64,000 bases of DNA, taken from the NCBI GenBank assembly GCA_038087875.1, contig CM075980.1, positions 71,114,001 through 71,178,000 of the forward strand. Direction: 5' to 3'. Shown one piece after another: positions 39,040-51,834 of this stretch. The notes beneath the pieces are model-generated. The model saw nothing but the letters and a program-made list of their open reading frames with translations, was not told the DNA's origin and ran no database searches. Positions within the stretch are counted from its first letter, which is position 1; each line of letters opens with the position of its first letter. The translations under genes were made by a program, and so were the position numbers. The DNA comes from Malacoraja senta (taxonomy: Eukaryota).

Positions 39040-41337
39040 TAAGGTAGCAACTCTACTGCTGCACCACCGTGCAGTTAAACATTTAGTGTCTGTTCCTGGG
39101 TTCTGCATCTTCATATAACTTGATTAAAAGTTCAGCGGGGCATCACAGTATGCATCAGCAAGGGGGAATGAGAGGATTAACACTGTGCTTCGAATTTACC
39201 ACTTCCAGTACCTCTTAAATACTTTCCCCAGGCAAAATATTGATGCTGGATTATGGGTGTCAAAATGTTGTAGAATGCATTCTGCGAAAATGCTAAATTA
39301 AAGCAAATATTCACTTGAAAGTACAGTCACAATGTGATTATATCACAGTAATTATCTGAGGCAAATGTGCTGAATTAAATTGATTGTTCCTTGCCAATTT
39401 AGCCACCTTTTCAGTATTTATAAAATAACTGTTGGATTTATCCTCTGGTCCACTGCAACATATCACGCCTTATGAATAACTAAATGCATAAATTGTAGAC
39501 AGCTCATGGCAACACCTCCCTGCACAGAGACAAGTATTTAGTTAGGAAAATAATGGTGTGCTTTGGAGCCATTGATTACAAAAGCTAACATACATTTTTG
39601 GTTCTAGATTTTAATTAAAATATGGATTGATGAGAATTTACAGTTATTAATACGGTAACTATGATTTTTGAAAGTACATCTTGCATTTAAACAGAAGATA
39701 GACACAAAATGCTGGAGTAACTCAGCGGGTCAGGCACCTTCTCTGGGGAAAAGGAATAGGTGACATTTCGGGTCAAGACTCTTCATCAGACTGAGTCAGG
39801 GCATTTAAACAGTATGTTGACTGTCTAGGCCTGGTCTGCGAGCTTTGGAGAGATGTTTAAAAGCATAAAGATTTCAAGTCTGAAGAAGGATCTGTGGTGC
39901 AGTGCTCATTAGAGAGTGAGGTGCATAGTTTTGCTCGCTATTATAAACCGTCCATGCTTCAGCCTCTGGAGTTAGGCAAAAGCTGGATGAAGGGGTTGCA
40001 CAATAGTGATTATCTTATTGCACAGGCTGTGGCATGAGTTAGTTTGGGTATCAAAATGATTTTTGTAGAATTTGAATTTGGAAGCAGAGTGCAACATACC
40101 TGTGCTACAATATTGGAAAGTTAACACATGCAATTGAGGACTCATTTCTACCCCAGTGATCGTTAAGCCCTGCTTCTCAGCTTATTGCAATATCATTTAG
40201 GTTTCTAGTGCCCACTGTTTTGGGCCTTTTGTTTTAAAGTTATATCCACGTGGCACTTTGCAACAAGCTTACTGTTCAGCAGGACATGAATGAAAGCAAG
40301 GACTACTTTATGCATTTCCAATCACGGTATACCTGTAATTTTAATTCAGGATGCCTATCAGGAAACCACTGAAAGAGTAATTCAGTAGATTGCTTGACAA
40401 TCCACCCTGTTGTATTCTCACTAGCTTTAATGGAGATTGGAATCAGCAAGGGTTTAAGACTGTGGATTCAGTCCTATCAATCTTCTATATTAGGCAATGT
40501 AGGAATAAATTACACCCACATATCAAATTGGCAGCTGTTCCAGAATTAGTGGTACTTGTTATATATATATCCAGAATAAAGAGCTCAGTGTAATTTCATC
40601 TGCAAACTAGTCAATAAAAATGCCCAGGTCTGTCCCACATGATTCAACCCGTTCTTATGTGTGACATGCAAGGTCCAGAAACAGCAGCTAATAAATTAAA
40701 TACGTTTCATAATTAATTTCTGCTGCTTTAGTTTAATGAAAATTAACACAAAGATGACAAATTACCTATATTTCTGTCAAGTAATCAGATAATTAAACAA
40801 TCAATTAAAAATTGCAACATCTTATCTTTTTTTTTTTTTAATTAGCACTTTATAACTAAATAGGGGTGGAATATAATTGATATTACCCTGTTTCATCAAT
40901 AGAATACTTTTAAATTCAGTGGAAATGAAAGAGCTGACAAACATGTTAATGGCGGCTTGTGTTAGCAAGCTGGTAAATATTGGAAATTGGAATTGTAAAT
41001 ATTAGATATTGGAATTGAACATTACATTTTCATGCTGCAAAGATGAAATGACAAGTTGTCGGGCAAACAGTATGGGTAAACTGAGTCCTGTGCCAATTCT
41101 TCATTGCAATATTTTGGCTGTGCAGCTTTCTTCACATCTGCTTTGCTGTTGCAGCTGGGGAACATTGTCCAGGGCTATCGGTTCCTCTGTTGCCATCACT
41201 GAAGCTGCCCCAGTATGGACTACGTATCGTACAGTGAATGCTCTCTGGCGTGGCCATAGTGAATGTTCAAACTCTCTTCAAATTAATTGACCGAGCCATC
41301 AACAAAAATTGCAAAATTGTAAAAACCTCAACAGAAC

Positions 41338-41635
41338 TGGGCGGCACGGTGGCACAAGGGTAGAGTTGCTGCCTTACAGCTCTTGCAGCGCCAGAGACCC
41401 GACTACAGGTGCTGTCTGAACGTTCTCCCAGTGACAACGTGAGTTTTCTCAGAAAACATTGGTTTCCTCCCACACTCCAAAGACGTACAGGTTTGTAGGT
41501 CAATTGTCTTGGTATAATTGTAAATTGTCCCTAGTGTATGTAGTATAGTGATAATGTGTGGGGATCGCGAATCGGCATGGACTCAGTGGGCTGAAGGTCC
41601 TGTTTCTGCGCTGTATCTCTAAACTAAACTAAACA
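41338..41635 (+). mobile_element. V-SINE (HE1-like)
   Basis: Head, core and tail motifs. Confidence 0.85.
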
Positions 41636-41669
41636 GGCCTAAAAATCTTACCAATGTGATGATTCCTAA

Positions 41670-42365
41670 AGGGCCTGTCCCACTTACATGTCCTTGACAC
41701 GCAAATTACGCGACCTCGTAGTCGCGTTGAGCCAAAACGGTCTGGCGAAGGTCGGGCGCGATTTCATGCGTACGCACAGCCGTCTGGAGCGCATGACGTC
41801 ATTTGAAGATGGACACAAAGCTGGAGTAACTCAGCGGGACCGGCAGCATCTCTGGAGAGAAGCAATGTGTGACGTTTCGGGTCGATACTCTTCTTCAGTC
41901 TGAAAAGAAGGGTCTTGACCCTGAAACATCACCCATTCCTTCTCTCCAGAGAAGCTGCCGGTCCCGCTGAGTTACTCCTGCATTTTGTGTCTATCTTCAA
42001 TTTTCTTGGCCCGGCTCTGGGAGTAGAAGTGGGGGTGAATCCGGGCCGCAACGGCCGTGAGCCCCAGGCTGAGTTTGACGATCGTTTGCCTGCTTCTGCT
42101 GCTGTTGGAGGTGAGACATTGTGTCACGCCAGGGTCTTGGGCCTGTCCCACTTTGGCCGTCAGTTCCGCGACAGGCCATTGGCGCTCAAAGATTTTGTTC
42201 ACTACAAAAATTTCGGAGCCCCGCGCGATGTCGTGCACAACTACATACCCCTCCGCGCTTCTAAGTGGGACCGGCCCCGCGCGGCCATACGATGCCCGCG
42301 CGCCTCAACGCGACCACGAGATCGCGTAATTTGCGTGCCAAGGACACGTAAGTGGGACAGGCCCT
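41670..42365. mobile_element. Harbinger-type MITE (696 bp) carrying a PLE hairpin (41805-41998)
   Basis: ~60-bp TIRs starting AGGGCCTGTCCCACTTAC; TAA TSD; paralogous to 47147-47840. Confidence 0.9.
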
Positions 42366-43574
42366 TAACTTGTTGAATCTCATTGCTCATTTGCATGAGC
42401 TATCACCACTCTCTGCCTTCCCAATGGGTTTAATTGTTTTAGAAACAAGCCTTGGGCCCTCAACATCTTAAACAAAACATTTCATGGGCTGTCCTACTGA
42501 AGCCAATAGATCAGTTATCTCTTTCTTCTTGGTCTCCATCAGTTTGTTCCTAATTATCCTGCCTATACGAGGCACTCCCCGACTTATATAAGGATTATGT
42601 TCCGTTATATTTTACATAAGTTGGAATCATCGACTCTTTGTCTGTTTTCCATCCCCTGCCCAAGGTAACTCACTGAGAGTATTAATTGGAATCCAGCGTA
42701 CAAGGCATAGCTCTGCATGCTTTGACAAATCCTTGCCTCTCAACTCGCTCAAACCACGAGTCAACATTGCTCTGCTAAAGCTCGCTATTTCAGTGGCATC
42801 CACCTGTGACTCAGTAGCACCTAATAACACCTCACCACAGTATCTGTGGAGGAAATGTACATCCATGTCCTCCAGAGATGCTGCCTGACCCGCTGAGTTA
42901 CTCCAGAACTTTGTGTTTTGCTCGTTACTTGTAAACTTGAGTTCCATCTCACCGTTTACTACAGGTGTCAGAGGTTATGGGGAGAAGGCAGGAGAATGGA
43001 GGATGGAGAGATAGATCAGCCATGTTTGAATGGCGGAGTAGACGATGGGCTGAATGGCCTAATCCTACTCCTATTCCTTATGACCTCATGACCGTTGGAG
43101 CACTTTCTGTGGCGCGGGGCCTTCCATTGCTAGCTTGTTTCCGATCTAAACTTGAGTGAGTCGTGGAAATTACAAATGGCCTTGATTGCACTAGGGATGA
43201 GTACAGAATTGTTTACGTAAGTGCAAGTTTACGTGAGTTGTCTATTGAGTAAATGGCGAGTGTGTGTACTGCTTTGTCACAATCCAGGGCCAATGTGGTC
43301 GAAAGGACGGAGATATTTATCCCAGGGCAACATGTTAAATCTGCTGCACCCCAACATCCTGAGTGCCATAAAATAAATACACCTGCAGCACCCATTCATG
43401 AGATTTGATGAGTCTCTGCCTGCAACATTGCTTTTCTCTCCACAGATGCTACTTCACCTGTAATCGGCAGTATTTCCTGCTTTGATTTTAGATTTCTAGC
43501 ACCTGCAGTATTTTGCTTTCTGATAAGAGAAGTAATCTTTGCATGACCTGACTTTGTTATCAGGCAACTGAATC

Positions 43575-43704
43575 TTTTTCTTCTTGCGTATGGCGCGCAC
43601 AGCCTAAAGTTGTAGGACAACTTGTTCTATTTGATTGTGCACGCCAGGTTGATTGCATTCATTGAAACAGAGCGCACCACGTGAAGGTTGCAATCTCCCA
43701 CCCC
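43575..43704 (-). mobile_element. 130-nt retroposon with a 5' HDV-like ribozyme fold
   Basis: 13-bp TSD AGGCAACTG(A/G)ATC, AAGAAGAAAAA tail, nested in a Rex1-like 3' end; P1/P2/P3 pairings visible. Confidence 0.8.
43651..43704 (-). ncRNA. HDV-like self-cleaving ribozyme motif (this copy probably inactive)
   Basis: GGGGTGG-GA-GATTGCA-ACC-TTCACGT-GGT-GCGCTCT-G-TTTCAA-TGAA-TGCAATC fits the nested double-pseudoknot order. Confidence 0.7.
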
Positions 43705-44046
43705 AGGCAACTGGATCATCCTACCACAACCAGTGAGCAGCGCTGAACTACTACCTACCTCTTTGATGACCCTCGAACTACCTTTGATCGGACTTTGCTG
43801 GCTTTACCCGCACTAAACGTTATTCTTTTATCGTGTATCTATACACTGTAAATGGCTCGATTGTAATCATGTTTTGTCTTTCTGCTGCAATGGTTAGCAT
43901 GCAACAAAAGCTTTTCACTGTACCTCGGTACACGTGACAATAAACAATAAACTAAACTTTTGTTTACTCTCAAGCTTTTTTTTGTCCCAGTGTGAAACTT
44001 TCCCGAAGGAAGGATATTTTGAGAACTACACTCAAAATCTATCTGC

Positions 44047-44703
44047 AAAGGTTCAAAGGTTCAAAGGTCAGCTTATTGTCACGCATACCAATTAAGGTAC
44101 AGTGAAACTCGAATTACCATACAACCATACTAACAAATCAACAGGACACACAACTGCATAAAAGTTAACATAAACATCAACCACAGCGGATTCCCCACAT
44201 TCCTCACTGTGATGGAAGGCAATAAAGTCCAATCTCCTTCCTCTTTTTTCTCCCACGGCCGGGGCAGTCGAACCATCCACAGTCGGGGCGATCGAAGCTC
44301 CCGCAGCCAGTGAGCGAAGTCCCCACGTCGGGGCGATTGAAGCTCCAGCGTCGGGGCGATTGAAGCTCCAGCGTCGGGACGGTCAAAGCTCCTGCGGTTG
44401 GAGCTCCCGAAGTCGGTCTCTAACCAGGGACCGTGAGGTCCACGATGTTAAAGCGGTTGGAGCTTCGAGGTCGGTCTCCAGCAGAGGCCACCAACTCCTT
44501 GATGTTAGGCCGCAGTGCGGATGGAGATACGATATGGAAAGATATCGCATCTCTGTCATGGTAAGAGATTTAAAAACGTTTCCCCCACCCCCCACATAAA
44601 ACAAGCTAAAGAACACTCAAACATTTAACACATAGTAAAAAACAACAAAGAAGGAAGGGACGAGACTGTTGGCGAGGCAGCCATTGCGGGCGCCACCCAG
44701 TGG
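44047..44703 (-). mobile_element. Composite GC-rich non-autonomous retroposon
   Basis: (TTTGAACC)n tail; central tandem CGTCGGGGCGATTGAAGCTCCAG units; 5' block shared with the 6998 copy. Confidence 0.72.
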
Positions 44704-45335
44704 ATAAACCTGCAGGGAAGTATTTTAAAAATAAGTTTGAATCATAATTATAAGATAAACCTAAATTAGCTGAGATCTTTGACATAAAACTCATAAATGG
44801 AAATTAGAATATGTGCCACAGCTGAGCAGATGTTACTTAAAGCAGATATAAGTCATGGAAGATATTGAACAACATAACAGGAAGCAGTGGGATATGTGCT
44901 CTCTTTCAAAACAGATGTGTTCATGATTTTGATACCTTAGATCATTACACTGTAATCTCTGCAGGCCATTGTTCAACTAATATATCTGTAAGAACATTCC
45001 TAAAATGGGATGGGAACAGCCTTTGCAAAACAATGAAAAGTTTGGATTAATGAAGATTGCAGGAACTTCAAATTTAGCCAAAGACTATAATTTGACATTT
45101 TGTCATGGCATATGAAGCCACAATATTCTTACTGAGGAAAATTATTATTACAATATCTGCATGAAGTAGAGAATTAAATAGGGAAACAAAATAACATGAA
45201 TTCAAACCCGTGTAGTTTCAGTTTAGTTTATTGTCATGTGGACCAAGGTACAGGGAAAAGCTTTTGTTGCGTGCTAACCAGTCAGCAGAACGACAATACA
45301 CGATTACAATTGATCCATTTACAGTGTATAGTGAG

Positions 45336-45505
45336 TAGGAAGGAGCTGCAGATGCTGGTTTAAACCGAAGGTAGACACAAAATGCTGGAGTAACTCAGCG
45401 GGACTGACAGCATCTCTGGAGAGAAGGAATGGGTGACTATTCACCCATTCCTTCTCTCTAGAGATGCTGCCTGTCCCGCTGAGTTACTCCAGTATTTTGC
45501 ATCTA
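45336..45505. mobile_element. PLE hairpin element with the hammerhead centre deleted
   Basis: Inverted arms meet at GGGTGA-CTAT-TCACCC. Confidence 0.75.
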
Positions 45506-46296
45506 ACATGAAAGCAAACACACTTGTTTTCTTTGTCGGCGGAGGTTGCAGATTTAATTTTTAACTATTATCCTGAAGATTCTTTTTTTTTAGGTTGAGC
45601 TGCTATTTAATTCCCAGCTGTTTTCAATCTTTCCAGTCTGTCCACCTTTGTGTGATACCGTCATACTGGATTTCTCTATTTGCAATTTTATCTGATGTCG
45701 GCTATACTTTAATAAGCAGCAACGATTTTGTCCACAAAGACTGAGCAATAATGTATGAAAAATGGTGCCTTGTGCTGCTTTTCAATCATCTGAGAATAAA
45801 TTGGAATGTTTTACCCCAACTTACAGCCTGCGCTGATTGTTCAAACTTGTTTTATTTTGCAGGAAGAGAAGTTAGTTTGATTAATGGGCTCTCTATTTCC
45901 CATTCTTGAACCATGCATTATAATGATGGTTAATTAGCAGTGGCTGCCTCAATGGAGAAACCAAAGTGTCAACACAAATCTAAGCTGCTGAGAGTTGGCA
46001 GCGAGAAGTTATTCGATTTATTGCCTTTAAAACAAAATGCGACATTTTGTGAAAAGGGAAAAGTACAAGTGACTTTCTGATTTCTTCACCACCGACCAGT
46101 TACTGGTGGAGCTGCCGCCTCACAGCGCCAGAGAACTTAGTTCGATCCTGACTTTGGGTGCTGTCTGTGTGTGGAGTTTGCAAGTTCTCCCTGTGACCGT
46201 GTGGGTTTCCTTCGGGTGCTCCAGTTTCCTCCCATATCCAAAAGATGTGCAGGTTTGTAGGTTAATTGGCCCTCTGTAAATTGCCCCTATTGTGTA

Positions 46297-46492
46297 AGGG
46301 GTGCAGCAGCATCTATGGAGCAAAGGAAATAGGCAACGTTTTGGGCCGAAACCCTTCTTCAGACTGAAGAAGGGTTTCGGCCGGAAACGTTGCCTATTTC
46401 CTTCCCTCCATAGATGCTGCTGCACCCGCTGAGTTTCTCCAGCACTTTTGTCTACCTTCGATTTTCCAGCCTCTGCAGTTCCTTCTTAAACA
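46297..46492. mobile_element. PLE hairpin element with back-to-back hammerhead cores, nested in a V-SINE
   Basis: 11-bp TSD CCTATTGTGTA (46286-46296, 46493-46503); centre CCCTTCTTCAG-A-CTGAAGAAGGG. Confidence 0.8.
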
Positions 46493-47146
46493 CCTATTGT
46501 GTAGGGAGTGGATCCGAAAGAGGAATAACGTAGAACTAGTGTGAACGTGTGATTGATTGTCAGCTTGAACATGATGGGCCGAAGGGCCTATTTCTGTGTT
46601 TAACAGGACGGCACAGTGGCGCAGCGGTAGAGTTGCTGCCTTACAGTGCCAGAGACCTCCAGGTGCTCCAGTTTCCTCCCACATCCCAAAGACATGCAGA
46701 ATTGTAGGTTAATTGGCCTCTGTAAATTTTCCCCGAGTGTGTGAGTGCACAAGAAATGGGATAACATAGAACTGGTGTTCTATGTTCCATGCTATATCTC
46801 TAAAACTAATAGTAAAACAATAAAATGTGTTCACATCAGTCCAAACACCAGAGTTAAATGCAGATGCCCACTCACATTACGGTCCATGCTTTTGGCAGAG
46901 GCATAGGGTCAGGTGTCTCCCTAGGGTCCCGATCATGTAACTCCAGTACAGAGCAGAGAGTAGTTTCGAGGAACAATCACTGCTCACAAAACCGAAGAAG
47001 GACACTTAGTTCACTGCGCTTGTGCTTGCGATTTAACTCAGGCACCTGCAGCTGTGAGGCAACAGCTTTATGCCACAACTTAACAAGCAAGAGCCATGTT
47101 GGAATATTGGGTGGCACATTGGCGCAGCGGTGGAGTTGCTGCCTAA

Positions 47147-47840
47147 AGGGCCTGTCCCACTTACGTGTCCTTGGCACGCAAAGTACGCGACCTCGTGGTC
47201 GCGTTGAGCCGCGACGGTCCCGCGAAGGTCGCGCACGACTTCATTCGACTGCACAGCCGTCTGGAGCGCGTGACGTCATTTGAAGATGGACACAAAGCTG
47301 GAGTAACTCAGCGGGACTGGCAGCATCTCTGGAGAGAAGCAATGGGAGACGTTTCGTGTCGAGACTCTTCTTCAGTCTGAAAGAAGGGTCTTGACCCGAA
47401 ACGTCACCCATTGCTTCTTTCCAGACATGCTGCCGGTGACGCTGAGTTACTCCTGCATTTTGTGTCTATCTTCGATTTTCTTGGCCCCGCTCTGGGAGTA
47501 GAAGTGGGGGCGGATCCGAACCGCAACGGCCGTGAGCCCCAGGCCGAGTTCGGCGATCGTTTGCCTGCTTCTGCTGCTGTTGCAGGTGAGACGTTGCGTC
47601 TCGCCAGGGTTTTGAGCCTGTCCCACTTTGGCCGTCAGTTACGCGACAGGGCGTTGGCGCCTGAAGATTTCGTTCGCTACAAAAATTTCGGAGCCCCGCG
47701 TAATGTCGCGCACAACTACATACCCCTCCGCGCTTCTCAGTGGGACTGGCCCCGCGCGGCCATACGATGCCCGTGCGCCTCAACGTGACGACGAGGTCGC
47801 GTAATTTGCATGCCAAGGACACGTAAGTGGGACAGGCCCT
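47147..47840. mobile_element. Harbinger-type MITE (694 bp) carrying a PLE hairpin (47282-47473), inserted in a V-SINE
   Basis: Same TIRs and interior as 41670-42365; flanked by TAA/TTA; splits the SINE motif GCC-TTA-CAGCGCC. Confidence 0.9.
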
Positions 47841-48655
47841 TTACAGCGCCAGAGACCTGGGTTTGATCCTGATTACAGGTGCTGTCTGAACAGAGTTTGG
47901 ACATCCTCCCTGTGACCACGGGAATTTTCTCCAGGTGTCCTGGTTTCCTCCCACATCGCAAAGACGTACAGGTTTCTAATTTAATTGGCTTCTGTAACTT
48001 ATGCCTTTTGGTCAGCACGCACTCGGTGGGCCGAAGGGCCTGTTCCCGTGCTATATTCATGCTAAAGACTAAATCTATTCCATCGTATACCCAGGGGATC
48101 TTGTCTACTTCAATAATATTATATCTTATTTTTCGTTAACTTCCTGGCCAGTATGAAGGCTTCAACAGCACACCCCTTGTCCTATTGAATCATCATTTTA
48201 CAGTACGGTACCATCGTTTCATTTGTTTATTGCTGAATGCATTACCATTGTTTCAGTTCACTGAAGAGGCGCTTTGCAATGTACCGGTCTTGTCCGCAGA
48301 TGATTTGTATTAAAATGAAAGGGTTAAGCACATGTATGATTTTGGGGAGCCTAGAAACTGCCATCAATGCATAAGTTTATGTTTTTTTTGTTGGAAGTTT
48401 TCAATCATGATCTTGAATGCAGCTCAATAAGCATCTGCCAACATGAAGTGGAGCATTACAGCACATATATTAGTTAGATAAGCATGCATAACTTAAGTGT
48501 ATTAGACCCTGCCAATAAATATTGGCCTCATGCCCAGAACAGGTCTCTAAATCAGAATGTGTTTTATCTCTTGGCTTTCTGTGTTAAGCATTGTACAAAA
48601 TAAAACCCATTGCTGAAGAGGCAATGGTGAGAATCAAATAAGTTCCAAGGCCAAG

Positions 48656-48950
48656 AGCGGCACTGTGGCGCAGCATTAGAGTTGCCGCCTTACAATGCCA
48701 TAGACCCGGGTGCAGTCTACACAGAGTTTGTATGTTCTCCCTGTGACCTGTGTGGGTTTCCTCCGGGATTTCCAGTTTCCTTCCACACTCCAAAGACGTA
48801 CAGGTTTGTAGGTTAATTGGCTTGGTATAATTGTAAATTGGCCCTAGTGTGTGTAGGACAGCATTAGTGTGCGGGGATCGCTGGTCAGCGTGGCCTCAGT
48901 GGACCGAAAGGCCTGTTTCCGCATTGTATCTCTAAACTAAACTGAACTAA
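48656..48950 (+). mobile_element. V-SINE (HE1-like)
   Basis: Head, core and tail motifs. Confidence 0.85.
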
Positions 48951-49973
48951 AAATGAATTCAAGTTGACATTTCTACATTACTTTTCTTATTAAACAATGG
49001 ACCTTCTGTGAAATTGGCATGCTCTCTACAATAAATCTCTGATAATCCTCTACCCCAAGGACTGGCAGATTTCCAGAATATTGGATATTTCTCTTATTAA
49101 TATGCCAACACAATTTTAATTCACGTTCTTGTTAGATATTACAAAGTCGATGTGTGGCTTAACTTAAAATTGCTCTCAACGTCTGTCAATTTAGAAAATA
49201 TTGATTAAAAATTGACATTCCCTTTCCATGGTTGGAAAATTAATTGGTTTGTATAACCATGCAGCACAAAAGAAGCCACAAAAGTGTTTTTTCTTTGTAA
49301 ACATAAAGGGTGCCTGTACACTAGATTAATAAACAAATGTGGCCCTTGGCCAAAAAACAAAATAATTATATTTAATGTTTTAGTGATGCTGAAATGCCAT
49401 ACTGGTATGCACTGCTACAAAATAAAGCAGTGCACAAAAGTGTCACAAAGATCTGTCTATGCTACCTCGTTGAGAGAGCTATCCATAATAATCCCACTCA
49501 CAATGTTCTTTCCACACCAACCCACAAACATTTCTTTGTAGATTATCAATACCTAACCCCATTGCTATAAAATAGACACAAAGTGCTGGTCAACTCAGCG
49601 AGCCAGGCAGCAACTCTGGAGAAAACGGATGGGAGACGTATTAGGTCGAGACTCTCCTTCAAACTGCTTGACTTTTGTCATAACAGAACATGAAAAACAT
49701 TGAAAACACTCAGCAGGTCAGACAGCATCTGTGGTGTAAAAAACAGAGTCCACATTTCAAGTCTGTGATATTTCAATCAGTATATTCCAATCAGTAAATT
49801 CGAAGTTCATAACAATTTGTTGCACGACGTCAAGAATTATCTGCAAGCTCTCTGGTATCCTTACTCTTAATCAATGGGAATAAGCTCCCCTCACACACTT
49901 GGTTATTTAATATTCTTGCTAGTCAATGCTACTTTGAAAATTTTGCACGAAAGGAACAACGTCAAGCTAAACC

Positions 49974-50176
49974 TTTAATAGACACAAAGTGCTGGAGTAA
50001 CTCAGCGGGTCAGGCAACATCTCGGGAGAAGAAGAATGGATGATGTTTCGGGTCAGGATGTCACCCATAATGGGCACCGACCCGAAACGTCACCTATCGT
50101 TTTTCTCCAGAGATGATGCCTGACACACTGATAGTTTAACACGGTTTAAACCACCATCTATAGTTCTTTGTTTCTA
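49974..50176. mobile_element. PLE hairpin element
   Basis: Inverted arms, CCCGAAACGTCACC motif, flanking direct repeat CAAGCTAAACC. Confidence 0.7.
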
Positions 50177-51834
50177 CAAGCTAAACCCTTAGTTTGTATA
50201 TTTATTAGCACTATTTTCAACATGTTAAAGGTGCTGGTAACAATGAGGCGATCATCTTCAACAACTAAGTCCAGCAGAGTGTGCTGGCTAGTCGAATGTA
50301 ATCCTGGTGCCACCACTAACAACAAACTTAAGGCCTGACAGCACCCACCTGCATCGATAATGTGGGATGATATCAGATGGGTTCCTGTTTAATAGCTTGC
50401 AAACTATCCATAGTCAGATGCCAGCATGGCTAGAAATCACCTCTATGATATGCCCTAACCCATTAGTGTTAACACAAACCTGTCAAGTCAAATACCTGTC
50501 TAAAATGACGTTCTGTCAGGATATCCTCACCAAATGCATGACGCATTCTATTATGCTGGCTCAGATTCTCAGAACTCCCCCACCCCGTACCATTTTCTTC
50601 ACGGACCACGTAAAACGCGGCATAAAAGAACACTGTCACTGAAACTGAGCCGCATGCTGTCCATTATCAGTGCCGCAGGTATTGATGGACCCGCAACACC
50701 TTTGGTCCACATTGACTGCAGGCTGCTCGACCCACTGAATTCCTCAAGCAGTTAGTATTTTACCCTAGGTTCCGGCCTCTCGTTCTCAATAGATCTTCCA
50801 CCTTGCTGTGGAAATTGGCAGCGTATAATTTTAGCACAACTTATATCTGGCAACTTAGTTCAATGCTAGGAGATAGAATCAATGATATCAAACCGTAAGC
50901 AGCAGCGGATTGTCACACACCTCACTGCTGTCAGTCTTTCAAAACCACAATCTGCTGCAGCTCTGCCTGCAGGAAGAGGGGCTAATGGTAACTTTAGCCA
51001 TGGGGCTGAATGACTAGGCAATGAAGAGTTTTGTGTTTCACAGTTTCAGAAATTGAGTGAAAGCGCAGCATCTCAGTGTGCCATGTGCAGTGAGCTAAAA
51101 ACAGAAAACGCTGCAAACAGTCAGCAGCAGCTCAGACAGCATCAAAAGCGTAAAACACAAAGTGCTGGAGGAACTCAACGGGTGAGACGGCATCTGTGGA
51201 GGCAATGGACTGATGATGTGTCAGGTTAGGATCCTTCTTCAGACTGATTGTATCAAAAGAGTTACATAGCCCTTTTTCAGAATCGAGAAAGTAGGAAAGT
51301 AAGTGAGTCTTCAATTGCAGAGAGGGTGGAGGGGAGTTGATCATCTCTAAGGGAAATATCTTTTTGTTTTAGAGACAGCGTGGAAACTGTGCTCTTTGGC
51401 TCACCGAGTCCACAGCGACCAAGAATCATCACCCATACACTAGTTATAGAGTCATAGAGTCATACAGTGAGGAAACAGGCCCTTCAGCCCAACTTTCCCA
51501 CACCGACCAACATGGCCCATCTACATTAGTCCCACCTGCCTGTATTTGTCCCGTATTCCTCCAAGCCAGTCCTATCCATGCACATATCAAATTGTTTCTT
51601 AAATATCAGTTCTATCCTACAAACTAGGAACAATTTGCAGAAGCCAATTAACCTACAAATCTGTACGTCTTTGGAGTGTGGGAGGAAACTGGAGCACCCA
51701 GGGAAAACACACATGGTCACGGGCAGAAAGTACACACTCCGTGCAGATAGTACCCGTAGTCAGGATCGAACCCGGGTCTCTGGTGCTGTAAGGAGGCAAA
51801 TTTACCATTACGTCACTATGCTGCCCCTCATAGG

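Noticed and set aside
42565-43250. Possible Tigger/TcMar remnant (TATACGAGGCACTCCCCGACTTA..)
   Set aside because: Too degenerate to define a matching second TIR or TSD.
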